A stretch of 64,000 nucleotides of DNA from Alphaproteobacteria bacterium (GCA_050175015.1 JBFXJJ010000013.1:1-64000), one strand, 5' to 3'. Shown: positions 8,920 through 19,245, numbered from the stretch's first letter. Translations and numbers: made by a program. Notes: a model not told the origin generated them from the sequence alone.

Positions 8920-11550
8920 TTGCAGGCAATGAGCAGTAATTTGGCAGGTAATTATTATCTATCTGGCAATATTGACTGTAGTGCGACCTCAAGCTGGAAT
9001 TCGGGGCAAGGCTTTGTTCCAGTTGGCGGCAGCTCAACACCGTTTACGGGAAAATTTGATGGTAAGGGATATAAAATAACAGGACTTTATTTTAACCGCA
9101 GCGGTACATCTTATCAGGGGCTTTTTGGTTATTTAAGTGGGGCTACGGTTGAAAATGTTGGTCTCGAGAGCTTGTATATAAGAGGCGATGATTATATTGG
9201 TGGTCTTGCTGGTTATCTTAAAAATTCTACCGTTAATAACAGCTATGTTGTCGGTAATATTGTTGCTGATGATTATATCGGAGGTTTTGGGGGTGTTGCC
9301 CAAAATTCTGATATTAGCAGTTGTTATTCGCAAGGAGCGGTTACTAGTTCTGGCGGCAGCAATGATTTTGCTGGCGGTTTAATTGGCAAAATCTATGAAG
9401 GCTCTTCAATTATAGGAAGTTATTCATCTAGTACAATGAAGGGTGTTAATTATCTTGGTGGTTTGGTTTCATATGCCACGGATTCAACAGTTACAAACAG
9501 TTATGCCACGGGCAATATTGGTACTTCCAGCAGTAAAGCAGGCTTTTATTCTGGGGGATTGATTGGTTATACATCTAATGTAACGATCAATAACAGTAAT
9601 GCTACGGGTATAATCTATGCCGATGATTATATTGGCGGTCTTGTTGGTTCTGCGGTAACAACAACGATAAAGGAAAGCTATGCAACAGGGGCGGTAACTT
9701 CTATTGGCGGCGGTGAAATTGACTGTGCCGGTGGTTTAGTAGGTCAGCTTTATACGAGCTCTTCAATTATTAACAGTTATGCAACGGGTGCTGTTTCTGG
9801 AACAGGATTTAGGATTGGAGGTCTAGTTGGGCGCACGGATAGTTCTAGTATCTCAGGCAGCCACGCTACGGGGAATGTTAGAGGTGATGACTATTTTGGT
9901 GGTTTAGTTGGAGAAGCACAAAAAACCTCAATTACAAATAGTTACGCTACAGGCAACTTAACTTGCACAGGTTCTGGCGATGATTATGCGGGTGGTTTGG
10001 TTGGCAAAATCAGCAATTCGCCATCATCAATTTCGGGAAGTTATGCTACAGGTTCAATTACTTGCTCAGGTTTTTATGACGGCGGGCTGGCTGGTATGGC
10101 TTATAACACGACAATAACCAATAGTTATGCTACAGGAAATGTTAGAGCCGATGACTTTTTAGGCGGGCTAGTTGGTGAGATAAGTGGAACAACTATATCA
10201 GGCAGTTATGCTGAAGGCTCAATTACTTGCTCAGGGTCAGGCGAAGATAAGGCAGGGGGCTTGGTTGGCAAAATTTATAATGGTGCATCAATCACCAACA
10301 GTTTTGCTAAAGGCTCAATTTCTTGTTCAGGTTCTTATGATGGTGGTTTGGTTGGTCAAATAACGGGAACGACAACTATTACCAACACATATGCTATAGG
10401 TGATATTAACGGTTCAAGCAGTGTTGGCGGACTAATTGGTTCTGGCTCATCTACGGTAGTAAGCAGTTATTGGGATATTCAAACCTCAGGTCTTACAACC
10501 AGCTCGGGCGGTACAGGTAAAACTACGGCTCAAATGAAGAAAGAAAGTACTTTTACAAATTGGGATTTTGAAAATGTTTGGTGTATGATTGACGATGTTT
10601 ATTATCCGTCTTTATATTACTTTGGTAATTGTAAGCCAACGTGTACTGGGTGCGCTGTTTTGAGTGGTTCGGTCTGCGTTGCTGGCAATAGTTGTTCAGG
10701 TGAACACCCCAACTGTGTTGTAACTGATAATGACGGGGTTTGCGAATGTTCATCATCAAGTTGTGCGGCAGGACGCAGTTGTTCAGCTTCTGGAACTTGT
10801 ACCGATTGTGAAAGTTCTGACGGCTGTGGAGCTTGTGCTTGCGGGACATCACAAAAGCCAACAGGAACAGGAACTTGTATGAATGATAGTTCTTGCTGTG
10901 CGGGTGAGTGCAATATGGCAACTGGTGCTAATTCTTGTAGTTATAGTGACAGCTTATGTCCTTCTGGTGTTGCCTGCAATCGTTCAACTTTATCTTGCTG
11001 TGCTTTAACACTTCCTTATTGGCGTAGCAGTGAGTGCCGAGCTTGTTCAGCAACTAGTGGACTTTCAGGTAATTGCACAACAAAAGGTATGATGTGTAAT
11101 TCAAGTTATGACTGCGTAAATTGTTTTGCTAATATGCAGTGTACTTGTGATGATGGTTTTGTCGCTGATGGCGCTGGTGGCTGTATTGAACCTGTCTGTT
11201 TTGATGACGGAGATTGCGGAGTAGATAAATGTATCAATGCGGCACATTATGATGCTTTTTGCTCTAATTGCAGTGCTTCAAGCAAGGTTTGGGTCGATGG
11301 TACTTGTGAAAGTTGTCCAAGCGGTTCGAGTTATCATAGCGGAATATGTTTATGTATTGACGGCAAGATATGGAACTCATCAAGCAATACGTGTTCTAAG
11401 AAAAGTGTAATTTCAAGTCATGGCGTTATTGATACCAAAAGCACGTCAACGGCAGAAACCCCAGAAAGTCGTTATGACAGGATTAAACGTAAAATGAATC
11501 GGATTACATCAAGCGCTTATGCTGGAGTAGCTGATAAGGAAAGTGAGTAA
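8920..11550 (+). CDS. GLUG-repeat surface/adhesin-like protein with Cys-rich C-terminal region
   Basis: YYLSGNIDC..FTGKFDGKGYKI cap, about 15 GGLVG/SYATG repeats, YWDIQTSG..GKTTAQMK..WDF closure, then about 260 aa Cys-rich. Start uncertain. Confidence 0.8.
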   Translation: MQAMSSNLAGNYYLSGNIDCSATSSWNSGQGFVPVGGSSTPFTGKFDGKGYKITGLYFNRSGTSYQGLFGYLSGATVENVGLESLYIRGDDYIGGLAGYLKNSTVNNSYVVGNIVADDYIGGFGGVAQNSDISSCYSQGAVTSSGGSNDFAGGLIGKIYEGSSIIGSYSSSTMKGVNYLGGLVSYATDSTVTNSYATGNIGTSSSKAGFYSGGLIGYTSNVTINNSNATGIIYADDYIGGLVGSAVTTTIKESYATGAVTSIGGGEIDCAGGLVGQLYTSSSIINSYATGAVSGTGFRIGGLVGRTDSSSISGSHATGNVRGDDYFGGLVGEAQKTSITNSYATGNLTCTGSGDDYAGGLVGKISNSPSSISGSYATGSITCSGFYDGGLAGMAYNTTITNSYATGNVRADDFLGGLVGEISGTTISGSYAEGSITCSGSGEDKAGGLVGKIYNGASITNSFAKGSISCSGSYDGGLVGQITGTTTITNTYAIGDINGSSSVGGLIGSGSSTVVSSYWDIQTSGLTTSSGGTGKTTAQMKKESTFTNWDFENVWCMIDDVYYPSLYYFGNCKPTCTGCAVLSGSVCVAGNSCSGEHPNCVVTDNDGVCECSSSSCAAGRSCSASGTCTDCESSDGCGACACGTSQKPTGTGTCMNDSSCCAGECNMATGANSCSYSDSLCPSGVACNRSTLSCCALTLPYWRSSECRACSATSGLSGNCTTKGMMCNSSYDCVNCFANMQCTCDDGFVADGAGGCIEPVCFDDGDCGVDKCINAAHYDAFCSNCSASSKVWVDGTCESCPSGSSYHSGICLCIDGKIWNSSSNTCSKKSVISSHGVIDTKSTSTAETPESRYDRIKRKMNRITSSAYAGVADKESE

Positions 11551-11733
11551 TAATTTCAATATGATAAGACTTACAACTTAAGGAAATAAAGTTTTTCCCT
11601 AGTTGGTTTTTTTGAAAATGATTTAGTGTGATTTATATAGAAGCTAACTGAAAGGAGGAAATTAAAGAAAATAATAGGTTTGGAATATTGAGATTTAATC
11701 TAGGCCTAAAACTTTGCAAGAACAAACCCTGAT

Positions 11734-11779
11734 AAAAACGAGGAAGCTTTTTAAAACAATTTTGCTTCCTCGTTTTTTA
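11734..11779 (+). terminator. Intrinsic terminator-like hairpin
   Basis: AAAAACGAGGAAGC / GCTTCCTCGTTTTT inverted repeat with T tail downstream of the GLUG gene. Confidence 0.65.
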
Positions 11780-12042
11780 TTGCTTAGATGTAGTCTACTG
11801 CTATATGTTTTTACCTTATGGCAGCCTTAACAAGTACGTTCTTGCTTTAAAAGCAAGAGTAAAACTTTTATGTTTCCCCCAATCTTGGGAATAAAGCATT
11901 GTTTTTTGAATAACAAAAAATTAATCAAAAAAGTTTTTAAAATCCTTATTTGTGAAGTATATAATTCCAAATAAAAGCAAAACAGTCTAATTTTATATGC
12001 ACTAAGGTAAAAAATTTATCTTAGATATTGCTATTTTTTATA

Positions 12043-12074
12043 AAAAAAGAGGGAGATTTATTCTCCCTCTTTTT
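12043..12074 (-). terminator. Intrinsic terminator
   Basis: AAAAAAGAGGGAGA-TTTAT-TCTCCCTCTTTTT just past the stop of 12101..12751. Confidence 0.75.
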
Positions 12075-12100
12075 GTTTATTTTATTGTAAATACTAAAGT

Positions 12101-12751
12101 CTATCTAGCATTGCTTTTAAGATTAGCAACATTAAGAGCTGTTTTTTGAGATTTGCTCCAAGCTTTTAAAGTTTCAGCACTTAAGCCTTCAGCTTTATCT
12201 AAGCCTTTGAGAGACGTAAAGCCATTTGTGTATCTAAGACTCTTGTCGCCTTCAAAATTAGCACCAGCAACATTGCTGCCTTCAACAAAAGTATCTTTAG
12301 AAAGAACAACATCTTTGAAGTTTACATCTCTTAAATCAGCGTTTGAAATAATAGAATCTTCGAAAAGGATTTGAGAATAGCCAGCGGTAACGCTTGTAAC
12401 GCAAACAGGTTTAGCCATAATTTCAGCTTTTTCAAAGCTCGCACCTTGAAGTTTTGCTCCAGCTATTTTTAAACCGATAAATTTTTTGTTTGAAGCGTCA
12501 AGGCGAGGAAGAGCAACGCCTCTTTTAACGGCTTGTTCTAATACTCGCTGATAAGCTTGATCTTTTCCTTGTCCACGCCAAGTTTTGCCTACATAGAGAA
12601 CTTTACCGTCCAAATCTTTTAGCTCAACAGGTTCTTTGAGACGTTCAATTATAGCTTTGCCTTGTTCTTTTATGGTTTCCCATAGGCCTTTTTCACCGCA
12701 AGCATAAACTTTGGCATTTTTAGACTTAAATGCAGTAACGCGATTATCCAT
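12101..12751 (-). CDS. Pentapeptide-repeat protein (paralog 1)
   Basis: AKLQG-ASFEK, ADLRD-VNFKD, SNVAG-ANFEG; ATG at 12751 after AGGGG aligns with the paralog start (ORF track starts at 12808). Confidence 0.75.
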   Translation of the reverse strand: MDNRVTAFKSKNAKVYACGEKGLWETIKEQGKAIIERLKEPVELKDLDGKVLYVGKTWRGQGKDQAYQRVLEQAVKRGVALPRLDASNKKFIGLKIAGAKLQGASFEKAEIMAKPVCVTSVTAGYSQILFEDSIISNADLRDVNFKDVVLSKDTFVEGSNVAGANFEGDKSLRYTNGFTSLKGLDKAEGLSAETLKAWSKSQKTALNVANLKSNAR

Positions 12752-12959
12752 GATATTACCCCTTGTGTTTTTTTGTTTTAATATATCTTGAAAAACAAAA
12801 GTTGTCAACTTTTTTTGTATTTTTTCTAAAATTTTTTTGGCTGTTTTGTTGGTGGTAAAGCCAATTTGTGTTTTTTTATATAAATATTAAAGACAAAAAA
12901 ATACAAGTTTCATTATTCGAAAGAATTAATGAATTAAAAGAAATTATTCAAATGTTAAG

Positions 12960-13640
12960 TTATAGAGTCTGTTGTTTTCGTAATTGAGCAATATTAACAG
13001 GTGTTTTTCTTGATGCTTTTTTAGCTTTAGCCTCTTTAGATTTTTGCCATATTTTTAAATCTTTGTCTTTAATTCCTTTGGCTTTATCTAAATTTTTTAT
13101 ATTAAGAAAACCATAAGTTTTGCGAAGCTCATTAAACTCACCTTCAAAGACGGCTCCTGTCACATCACTGTTTTCAAGTTTGGTTCCTTGCGCTATTGCG
13201 GTATTTTTAAAGCAGACACCGTTTAAGTCAGAATTTGATAAATCAGATTCTTGGAAATGAACATAGCAAGGTCCATAAGGGTTGCAGGAATAAACAGGGT
13301 AAGGATTAATTTCAGAATTTTCAAAACTGGCGCCAGATATTTTGGCATTAGGAATAGTTAAACCGTTAAAAATCCTATTGCTGGCATCTAGCTTAGGCAG
13401 CGGTTTTCCATCTTTTACGGCTGTTTCAAAAACTTTTTGAAAAGCTTCATCATCAGTTTGCCATTTCCAAGCTTTCCCACTATAAAGCGTTTTGCCGTTA
13501 AGATCTTTTAGAGAAACGTCTTTTTTCAGAGTTTCAACAAAAGCCATACCTTGTTCTTTTAGACTTTCCCAGAGACCTTTCTCTCCGCAGGAAAAAGTTT
13601 TGGCGTTTTTTTCTTTAAAAGAATTGATGCGATGGTTCAT
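12960..13640 (-). CDS. Pentapeptide-repeat protein (paralog 2)
   Basis: AKISG-ASFEN, SDLSN-SDLNG-VCFKN, SDVTG-AVFEG; GGAGG RBS; colinear with paralog 1 (CGEKGLWE..KEQG, LKDLxGKxLYxGKxW). Confidence 0.78.
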   Translation of the reverse strand: MNHRINSFKEKNAKTFSCGEKGLWESLKEQGMAFVETLKKDVSLKDLNGKTLYSGKAWKWQTDDEAFQKVFETAVKDGKPLPKLDASNRIFNGLTIPNAKISGASFENSEINPYPVYSCNPYGPCYVHFQESDLSNSDLNGVCFKNTAIAQGTKLENSDVTGAVFEGEFNELRKTYGFLNIKNLDKAKGIKDKDLKIWQKSKEAKAKKASRKTPVNIAQLRKQQTL

Positions 13641-13764
13641 AAGCCGCCTCCTTTTCTTTAAAAAAGATAGTTTATTATAGCTTTTTTATACAAAAAGTTC
13701 AAATTCTTATTTTTGGGTAAAATGCTTTTTTAAATGAAAGATGTTTGGTTTTGTCAAAATATCT

Positions 13765-15633
13765 TTAAGAGTTTCTTTCAATATTTTCTGATATTTCAAG
13801 CCAAGTTTCCTCAAGCTGGTTAATGTCTTTTTCAATATAGCCAATATCTTTTTGAATTTTTGTTATGTCGGAAGAGGTTTTCTGTTCATAAATTTCAGGT
13901 GAGGCGAGGAGCTTCTCAAGTTCATTTTTTTGAGAATTAAGCTTGGCAAGATTATGCTCAATTTGCTTGAGTTCTTTTTTTAACGGGGCAATTTCTAAGC
14001 GTTTTTCAGCTTTTTCTTTGCGCAGCTGTTTTTTTAAATTTGCTTTAGACGAGCTGTCTTCCGCAGTTTTGTTTTTATTGCTTAAAAAATCGCTGTAATC
14101 ATTAATGTCACCAACAAAAGGTTTGCAGGTTCCCTCGTCAACCAGCCAGAGATTGTCGGTTGTCATTTCAATAATACTGGCATCGTGGGTTATTAGGATA
14201 ACGGCGCCTTTAAAATTGTTGATTGCTTCACACAAAGCATTCCTTGTGTCGATATCAAGGTGATTGGTTGGTTCGTCTAAAATTAGAATCTGAGGCGAAG
14301 TGTGGCAGATGGTTGCTAGAACTAATCTTGTTTTTTCTCCGCCTGAGAGTTTGCTTATTTGATTGTCAGCAATATCTATTCCAAAACTGAATCTGCCCAA
14401 ATATGATCTTACAAAAGTTTCGTTCTTATCAGGGAAGAGCTTAGATATATGTTCAAAAGGACTTAATGTAACATCTAATTCTTCACTTCGTTCTTGTGAA
14501 AAATATCCAATCTCGAGGCTGGGAGAAATGTTAATGCTGCCAGACATTGGTTTAATTCTTCGTGAAATTAAGCGGGCAAAAGTTGATTTCCCGTTGCCGT
14601 TTGTTCCTAAAAGAGCAATTCTATCGTCCATATCAATTCTTAAATTAAGCTTAGACAAGATTGTTTTATCACCATAGCCGCACGAGCAGTTTTCTAAGGT
14701 GATTAATGGTGGTGGCAGCTCTTTAGGCTCGGGAAAGTTAATATTAAAAGCCCTGTCTTCTACAACAGGCATTAATGGGGGCATTTTTTCAATTTTTTTC
14801 AACCTGCTTTGGGCTTGTTTTGCTTTGGTTGCCTTGTAGCGAAACCTGTCAACAAACTTCATCATATGCTTTTTTTCTTCAAGCTGTTTTTCGTAAGCCT
14901 TGTTAGCAAGAGCCATTTTCATCTGTCTGGTTGCTTCAAACTCATCATAATTGCCTGTGTATGAAACCAGTTTTTTATTATCAATATGGATAATACGATT
15001 GGCAACTTTGTTTAGAAGATTGCGATCGTGGCTTATCAGAACAATAGTGCCGCTGTATCGGGCAAGATAGGTTTCCAGCCATTTTGCTGATTCAAAGTCT
15101 AAATGGTTTGTTGGTTCATCAAGCAGCATAACATCTGGTTTTACGAATAAAACTGCGGCTAAAGCGGCTCGCATACGCCAACCGCCAGAAAATTTATTCA
15201 AAGCCTCTTGCTGTTTTGAAAATTCAAAACCTAGTCCCGTTAAAATTGATGAAGCTCTAGCTTCGGCACTGTTGGCGTCAATGGCATTTAATTTTTCGTG
15301 AATATCCGAAATTCTAAGATCATCATCAGGCATATTTTCTAATGCTTCTAATAAAGAAGATCTTTTGGTGTCGCAGGAGACAACATAATCAATAACGCTT
15401 GTTTCTGATAACGGCGGTTCTTGGGGAAGAAAACCTATGGTTTGATTCGATGATATACTTAAGTTTCCAGAATCAATTTGAAGCCAGTTATTAATAATTT
15501 TAAATAAGGTTGTTTTGCCGCAGCCGTTTTTGCCAATTAAGCCAATGTGTTGTCCGTCTGAAATAAAGGCTGACGCCTTATCAAACAACACTCTGCCGCC
15601 TATTCTAAATGTTATGTCATCAATATTAATCAT
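13765..15633 (-). CDS. ABC-F family ATPase (YheS-like)
   Basis: Two ABC cassettes (GKNGCGKT/FSGGWRMR/LLDEPTNHLD; GTNGNGKS/LSGGEK/LDEPTNHLD), linker KATKAKQAQSR, coiled-coil tail, no TM. Confidence 0.92.
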   Translation of the reverse strand: MINIDDITFRIGGRVLFDKASAFISDGQHIGLIGKNGCGKTTLFKIINNWLQIDSGNLSISSNQTIGFLPQEPPLSETSVIDYVVSCDTKRSSLLEALENMPDDDLRISDIHEKLNAIDANSAEARASSILTGLGFEFSKQQEALNKFSGGWRMRAALAAVLFVKPDVMLLDEPTNHLDFESAKWLETYLARYSGTIVLISHDRNLLNKVANRIIHIDNKKLVSYTGNYDEFEATRQMKMALANKAYEKQLEEKKHMMKFVDRFRYKATKAKQAQSRLKKIEKMPPLMPVVEDRAFNINFPEPKELPPPLITLENCSCGYGDKTILSKLNLRIDMDDRIALLGTNGNGKSTFARLISRRIKPMSGSINISPSLEIGYFSQERSEELDVTLSPFEHISKLFPDKNETFVRSYLGRFSFGIDIADNQISKLSGGEKTRLVLATICHTSPQILILDEPTNHLDIDTRNALCEAINNFKGAVILITHDASIIEMTTDNLWLVDEGTCKPFVGDINDYSDFLSNKNKTAEDSSSKANLKKQLRKEKAEKRLEIAPLKKELKQIEHNLAKLNSQKNELEKLLASPEIYEQKTSSDITKIQKDIGYIEKDINQLEETWLEISENIERNS

Positions 15634-15741
15634 AGAACATACATATAAATAATATCAAAAATTAGCAAGTTAATGTTGCTTGTTTTTGATACTCAGGTTA
15701 TAAACCCTAAAATCAAAATAATTTTTTAAGAGAGAGTACTA

Positions 15742-16158
15742 ATGGAAAGAACATTATCAATTATTAAACCTGATGCTACAAAACGTAATTTAACTGGTAA
15801 AATTAATGCTGTTTTTGAAGAAAATGGTTTGAGAATCGTTGCTCAAAAAAGAATTAGATTAACAAGAGAACAAGCAGAACAGTTTTATGAAGTTCATAAA
15901 GAAAGACCTTTTTATCAAAGCTTAGTTGAGTTTATGATTTCTGGTCCTGTTGTGGTTCAAGTTTTTGAAGGACGCAGTGCTGTTCTTAAGAATCGTGAAA
16001 TTATGGGTGCAACCAACCCAGCTGTTGCCGAAGAAGGCACAGTTAGAGCGCTGTTTGCTGAATCTGTTGAAGCTAATTCAGTTCACGGTTCCGATTCTTT
16101 AGAAAATGCCGCAAGAGAAATATCTTTCTTTTTTAGCGAAACTGAAATTGTAGGCTGA
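15742..16158 (+). CDS. ndk: Nucleoside diphosphate kinase
   Basis: [30 protein letters not shown]. Confidence 0.97.
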   Translation: MERTLSIIKPDATKRNLTGKINAVFEENGLRIVAQKRIRLTREQAEQFYEVHKERPFYQSLVEFMISGPVVVQVFEGRSAVLKNREIMGATNPAVAEEGTVRALFAESVEANSVHGSDSLENAAREISFFFSETEIVG

Positions 16159-16192
16159 TTTTTTTAAAAAATTGGTTTAACATATTCACGTT

Positions 16193-17335
16193 ATGAAAAA
16201 TGAAATTTTAAAAATTAGTCAAAATAAAGCTCTGAAATACAGCCTTATGCTTATTTTAGGGCTTGTTTTGTGTTTTAGTAATATCAGATTGTCCTATGCG
16301 GATTCTGAGGCTGATTTATTCACCGTATCTAATATAGCGGTAGATGTTACCGCAGATACAGCATCGAAAGCTAGAGATGATGCTATGAATGATGTCAGGG
16401 TAAATGCTTTTAATAAAATTTTGAAAAGAATTTTGTTGCCCCAAGATTTAGTAAAACTGCCAGAGTTTTTACCAGAGCAGATTTTTTCAATGATTAAGGA
16501 AGTAACGGTTATCGAAGAAAAAACATCTGCTGTTAGATATATTGCGAAACTAAGCATATCTTTTGATGGTGAAGCTATAAAGAAAATGCTTTCGGAGGCG
16601 TTTGTTCCTTTTATTGTTGAAACCAGTAATCCCTCATTGATACTTCCTATTTACAGTGTTTCGGGGAAGCGTTCTTTGCTATGGGAAGAAAGCAACCCCT
16701 GGTTTAAGCTTTGGAGTGATAATGTTTCTCAAGCCGTTGTTGTTCCAATGGTTATGCCATATGGCGAACTTTTAGACATTTCTACCCTCAGTGCTTCAAA
16801 GGCTCTAAGATATGACGATGATGCTTTAACTGCGATTGCTCAAAATTATAACGTAGATAATATTTTTATTGTAAGGGCAACTTCTTATGAAGGCTTAGAG
16901 GCAAGGGTTGAGGTCGAGGTTTCAAGTTATAATGTGAAAACAAAGCAAAAGAATGTTTTTGAGCAACCTATAACCATATACCGTGAACCTGATGATGACT
17001 TTAAACAGGTCTTAAAGCAGGCTTTAAACCTTACAATAGATGAAATTGAAAATAAGTGGAAAGAAGAAAAGTCAGTTTTCTTTTCTATTGATTCGAATAT
17101 GATTCTGATAGCTAAAACAGAGACCCTTGCAAATCTTAATAAGATTATTAAGATGCTTGAAAAAATACCACTTGTTCAAAACTTGCAGGTTCAAGCCACA
17201 ACTAAAGATAAAGTTCAGCTCAACTTATCTTTTGCTGGAAATATTTCTAATATTATAAATAACATTGCTAAAAATGGTTATGATGCCGAATTTAATCGCG
17301 GCTATTGGATCTTAAAAAAGCAGTCATCTAATTAA
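16193..17335 (+). CDS. Exported DUF2066-like protein
   Basis: Signal peptide, FTVSNIAVDVTA..AR..A, LWEESNPW..W; usual position upstream of AI-2E/hdaA. Confidence 0.75.
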   Translation: MKNEILKISQNKALKYSLMLILGLVLCFSNIRLSYADSEADLFTVSNIAVDVTADTASKARDDAMNDVRVNAFNKILKRILLPQDLVKLPEFLPEQIFSMIKEVTVIEEKTSAVRYIAKLSISFDGEAIKKMLSEAFVPFIVETSNPSLILPIYSVSGKRSLLWEESNPWFKLWSDNVSQAVVVPMVMPYGELLDISTLSASKALRYDDDALTAIAQNYNVDNIFIVRATSYEGLEARVEVEVSSYNVKTKQKNVFEQPITIYREPDDDFKQVLKQALNLTIDEIENKWKEEKSVFFSIDSNMILIAKTETLANLNKIIKMLEKIPLVQNLQVQATTKDKVQLNLSFAGNISNIINNIAKNGYDAEFNRGYWILKKQSSN

Positions 17336-17352
17336 ATATATTAATAAAGGTT

Positions 17353-18438
17353 TTGGTATCGATGCAGGGAAATTCTACGCAGCAGCCTAAGTTTTATCTT
17401 GGTGTCATATTTTTAGGACTTTTTCTTTTTGCTCTTTATTACATTAGAAGTGTCATTTTTCCTTTTGCTTCGGCGATGATTATTGCTTATTTCTTAGCGC
17501 CTTTTGTTGCGTTGCTTGAAAGACACAAAGTAAAAAGGGGACTTGGTACTTTTTTAGCATTTGCTCTGGTTGCACTGATAGCGGCGTTAATTGTTTTATT
17601 TATATATCCTGTATTTAAAACCCAAATGGCTTCTTTAATGAAATATTTTCCGGTTTTATTTGAAGCTGTTTTGGATAAGCTTAAACCGCTTTTTGATTCA
17701 ATAGAAAATAAGATTCAAGATCATTACTTTGATCCGATGAAAGCGGCTCTTTCTGCTGGAAACTATCTTTCTTCAGCAATAAAATGGATCGTAAATATCC
17801 TTTCAGGTTTTATAAGCGGCAGTATGTTTTTCGTAAATATTATATCCTTCGTAACAATTACGCCGTTTGTTGCTTTTTATTTTATTCGTGATTGGAATAA
17901 GATTATTAGCAAACTGAATGGTTTTGTTCCCGTTAAATACCGCAAGGATATTCAAATCGTATTTAAAGATATTGATAATATTTTATCTGGCTATATTAAA
18001 GGACAGGCATATGTCTGCTTGGCAATGGCGGTCTATTACGCCTTAGCCCTGTCCTTAGCGGGACTTGATGTTGGTCTCGTTGTTGGTCTCGTTTCAGGGG
18101 TGTTTACTTTTATACCATTCGTAGGTCCTTTTGTAGGCTTTGCCCTAGCGGTAAGTTTTGCGGTTATTCAGTTTTCCAGCTTTATTAATATCGTAGTTGT
18201 TATTGTTTTGTTTGGAATAGGTCAGATTTTAGAAGGCAACTTCTTGACGCCTAATCTTGTTGGAGATAAGACCAAACTGCACCCTGTATGGATTGTTTTT
18301 GCTGTTATGACTGGCGGTGCTTGTTTAGGTCTTCTTGGCGTTCTAATTTCAATTCCCGTTGCAGCAACAGTCGGGGTTGTCGTCAGATATTTAATCGATA
18401 ATTATTACAAAAGTAATTTTTACTTAGAAGAGTCATAA
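17353..18438 (+). CDS. AI-2E (PerM) family transporter
   Basis: Multi-TM; FIPFVGP, QILEGNFLTPNLVG..LHPVW, SIPVAA. Confidence 0.9.
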   Translation: MVSMQGNSTQQPKFYLGVIFLGLFLFALYYIRSVIFPFASAMIIAYFLAPFVALLERHKVKRGLGTFLAFALVALIAALIVLFIYPVFKTQMASLMKYFPVLFEAVLDKLKPLFDSIENKIQDHYFDPMKAALSAGNYLSSAIKWIVNILSGFISGSMFFVNIISFVTITPFVAFYFIRDWNKIISKLNGFVPVKYRKDIQIVFKDIDNILSGYIKGQAYVCLAMAVYYALALSLAGLDVGLVVGLVSGVFTFIPFVGPFVGFALAVSFAVIQFSSFINIVVVIVLFGIGQILEGNFLTPNLVGDKTKLHPVWIVFAVMTGGACLGLLGVLISIPVAATVGVVVRYLIDNYYKSNFYLEES

Positions 18439-18450
18439 GAGGTTTGGCGA

Positions 18451-19134
18451 ATGAATGTAAAGCAGATTCCTCTTAATTTTCAGTGTGAAACGTCTTATTT
18501 AGCAGAAGACTTTATTGTATCAAAGGAAAATCAAGATGCCGTTTTCTTTTTAGAAGAATGGCCAGACTGGCAAAGTCCTGTAGTAATTATATATGGAGCT
18601 TCAGGCTGTGGTAAAACCCATCTTTTAAAAAGATTTGCATCAAAAAATGCAGAAGATGTTGTTTTTTTGAATGGTGAGGATTTAAAACAGCCAGATAAAA
18701 TTGTTTCGTTGAAGCCGTGTATCGTAATTGATAATGCCGAAAAATGCCACGATGAAAACTTGTTTCATCTTTTTAATATGATTAAAGAAGAAAACAAAAC
18801 GATGCTTCTTTCATCTCAAAACCCACCCGCAAGATGGCAGACTGTGCTGCCAGATCTTAAATCTAGACTGTCTTCGGTTGTTAATATTGATATTAAATCA
18901 CCTAGTGATGAGCTTATGGCGATGGTTATAGTAAAAATGTTTTCGGATAGACAGCTTGAAATAGGTAAGGAAGCTCTTGGTTTTTTGATTAAAAATATTG
19001 AGCGTTCTTTTTTGGCGATAGCTGACACTGTAGAAAAAGCCGATAAATTAGCCTTAGCATCTAAACGAGCGATAACTATACCATTATTAAAAGAAGCTAT
19101 TATGGCGGAACAAAAAAATTGCATTGTCCCATAA
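18451..19134 (+). CDS. hdaA: DnaA regulatory inactivator HdaA
   Basis: N-terminal clamp-binding QIPLNF, Walker A GASGCGKT, PDLKSRL, ERS; no DnaA domain IV. Confidence 0.88.
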   Translation: MNVKQIPLNFQCETSYLAEDFIVSKENQDAVFFLEEWPDWQSPVVIIYGASGCGKTHLLKRFASKNAEDVVFLNGEDLKQPDKIVSLKPCIVIDNAEKCHDENLFHLFNMIKEENKTMLLSSQNPPARWQTVLPDLKSRLSSVVNIDIKSPSDELMAMVIVKMFSDRQLEIGKEALGFLIKNIERSFLAIADTVEKADKLALASKRAITIPLLKEAIMAEQKNCIVP

Positions 19135-19245
19135 ATACTATCGCACAAATGCTTGGAGATTTGATGTTGATCTGTGAAAGTTTTGATAAAAGTAAAGTTG
19201 CTGCAGGCATTTTTTGTAAGGTAAAAAAAGCAACACATTCTAATT

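Noticed and set aside
11651-11732. Strong Shine-Dalgarno AAAGGAGG followed by a short frame and a terminator (small peptide or type I toxin)
   Set aside because: No ATG, GTG or TTG at a suitable spacing, and the short frame is not hydrophobic.
18451-19134. Call as dnaA or sign of a replication origin
   Set aside because: Too short, no DNA-binding domain IV, has a clamp-binding motif; no DnaA-box cluster noticed.
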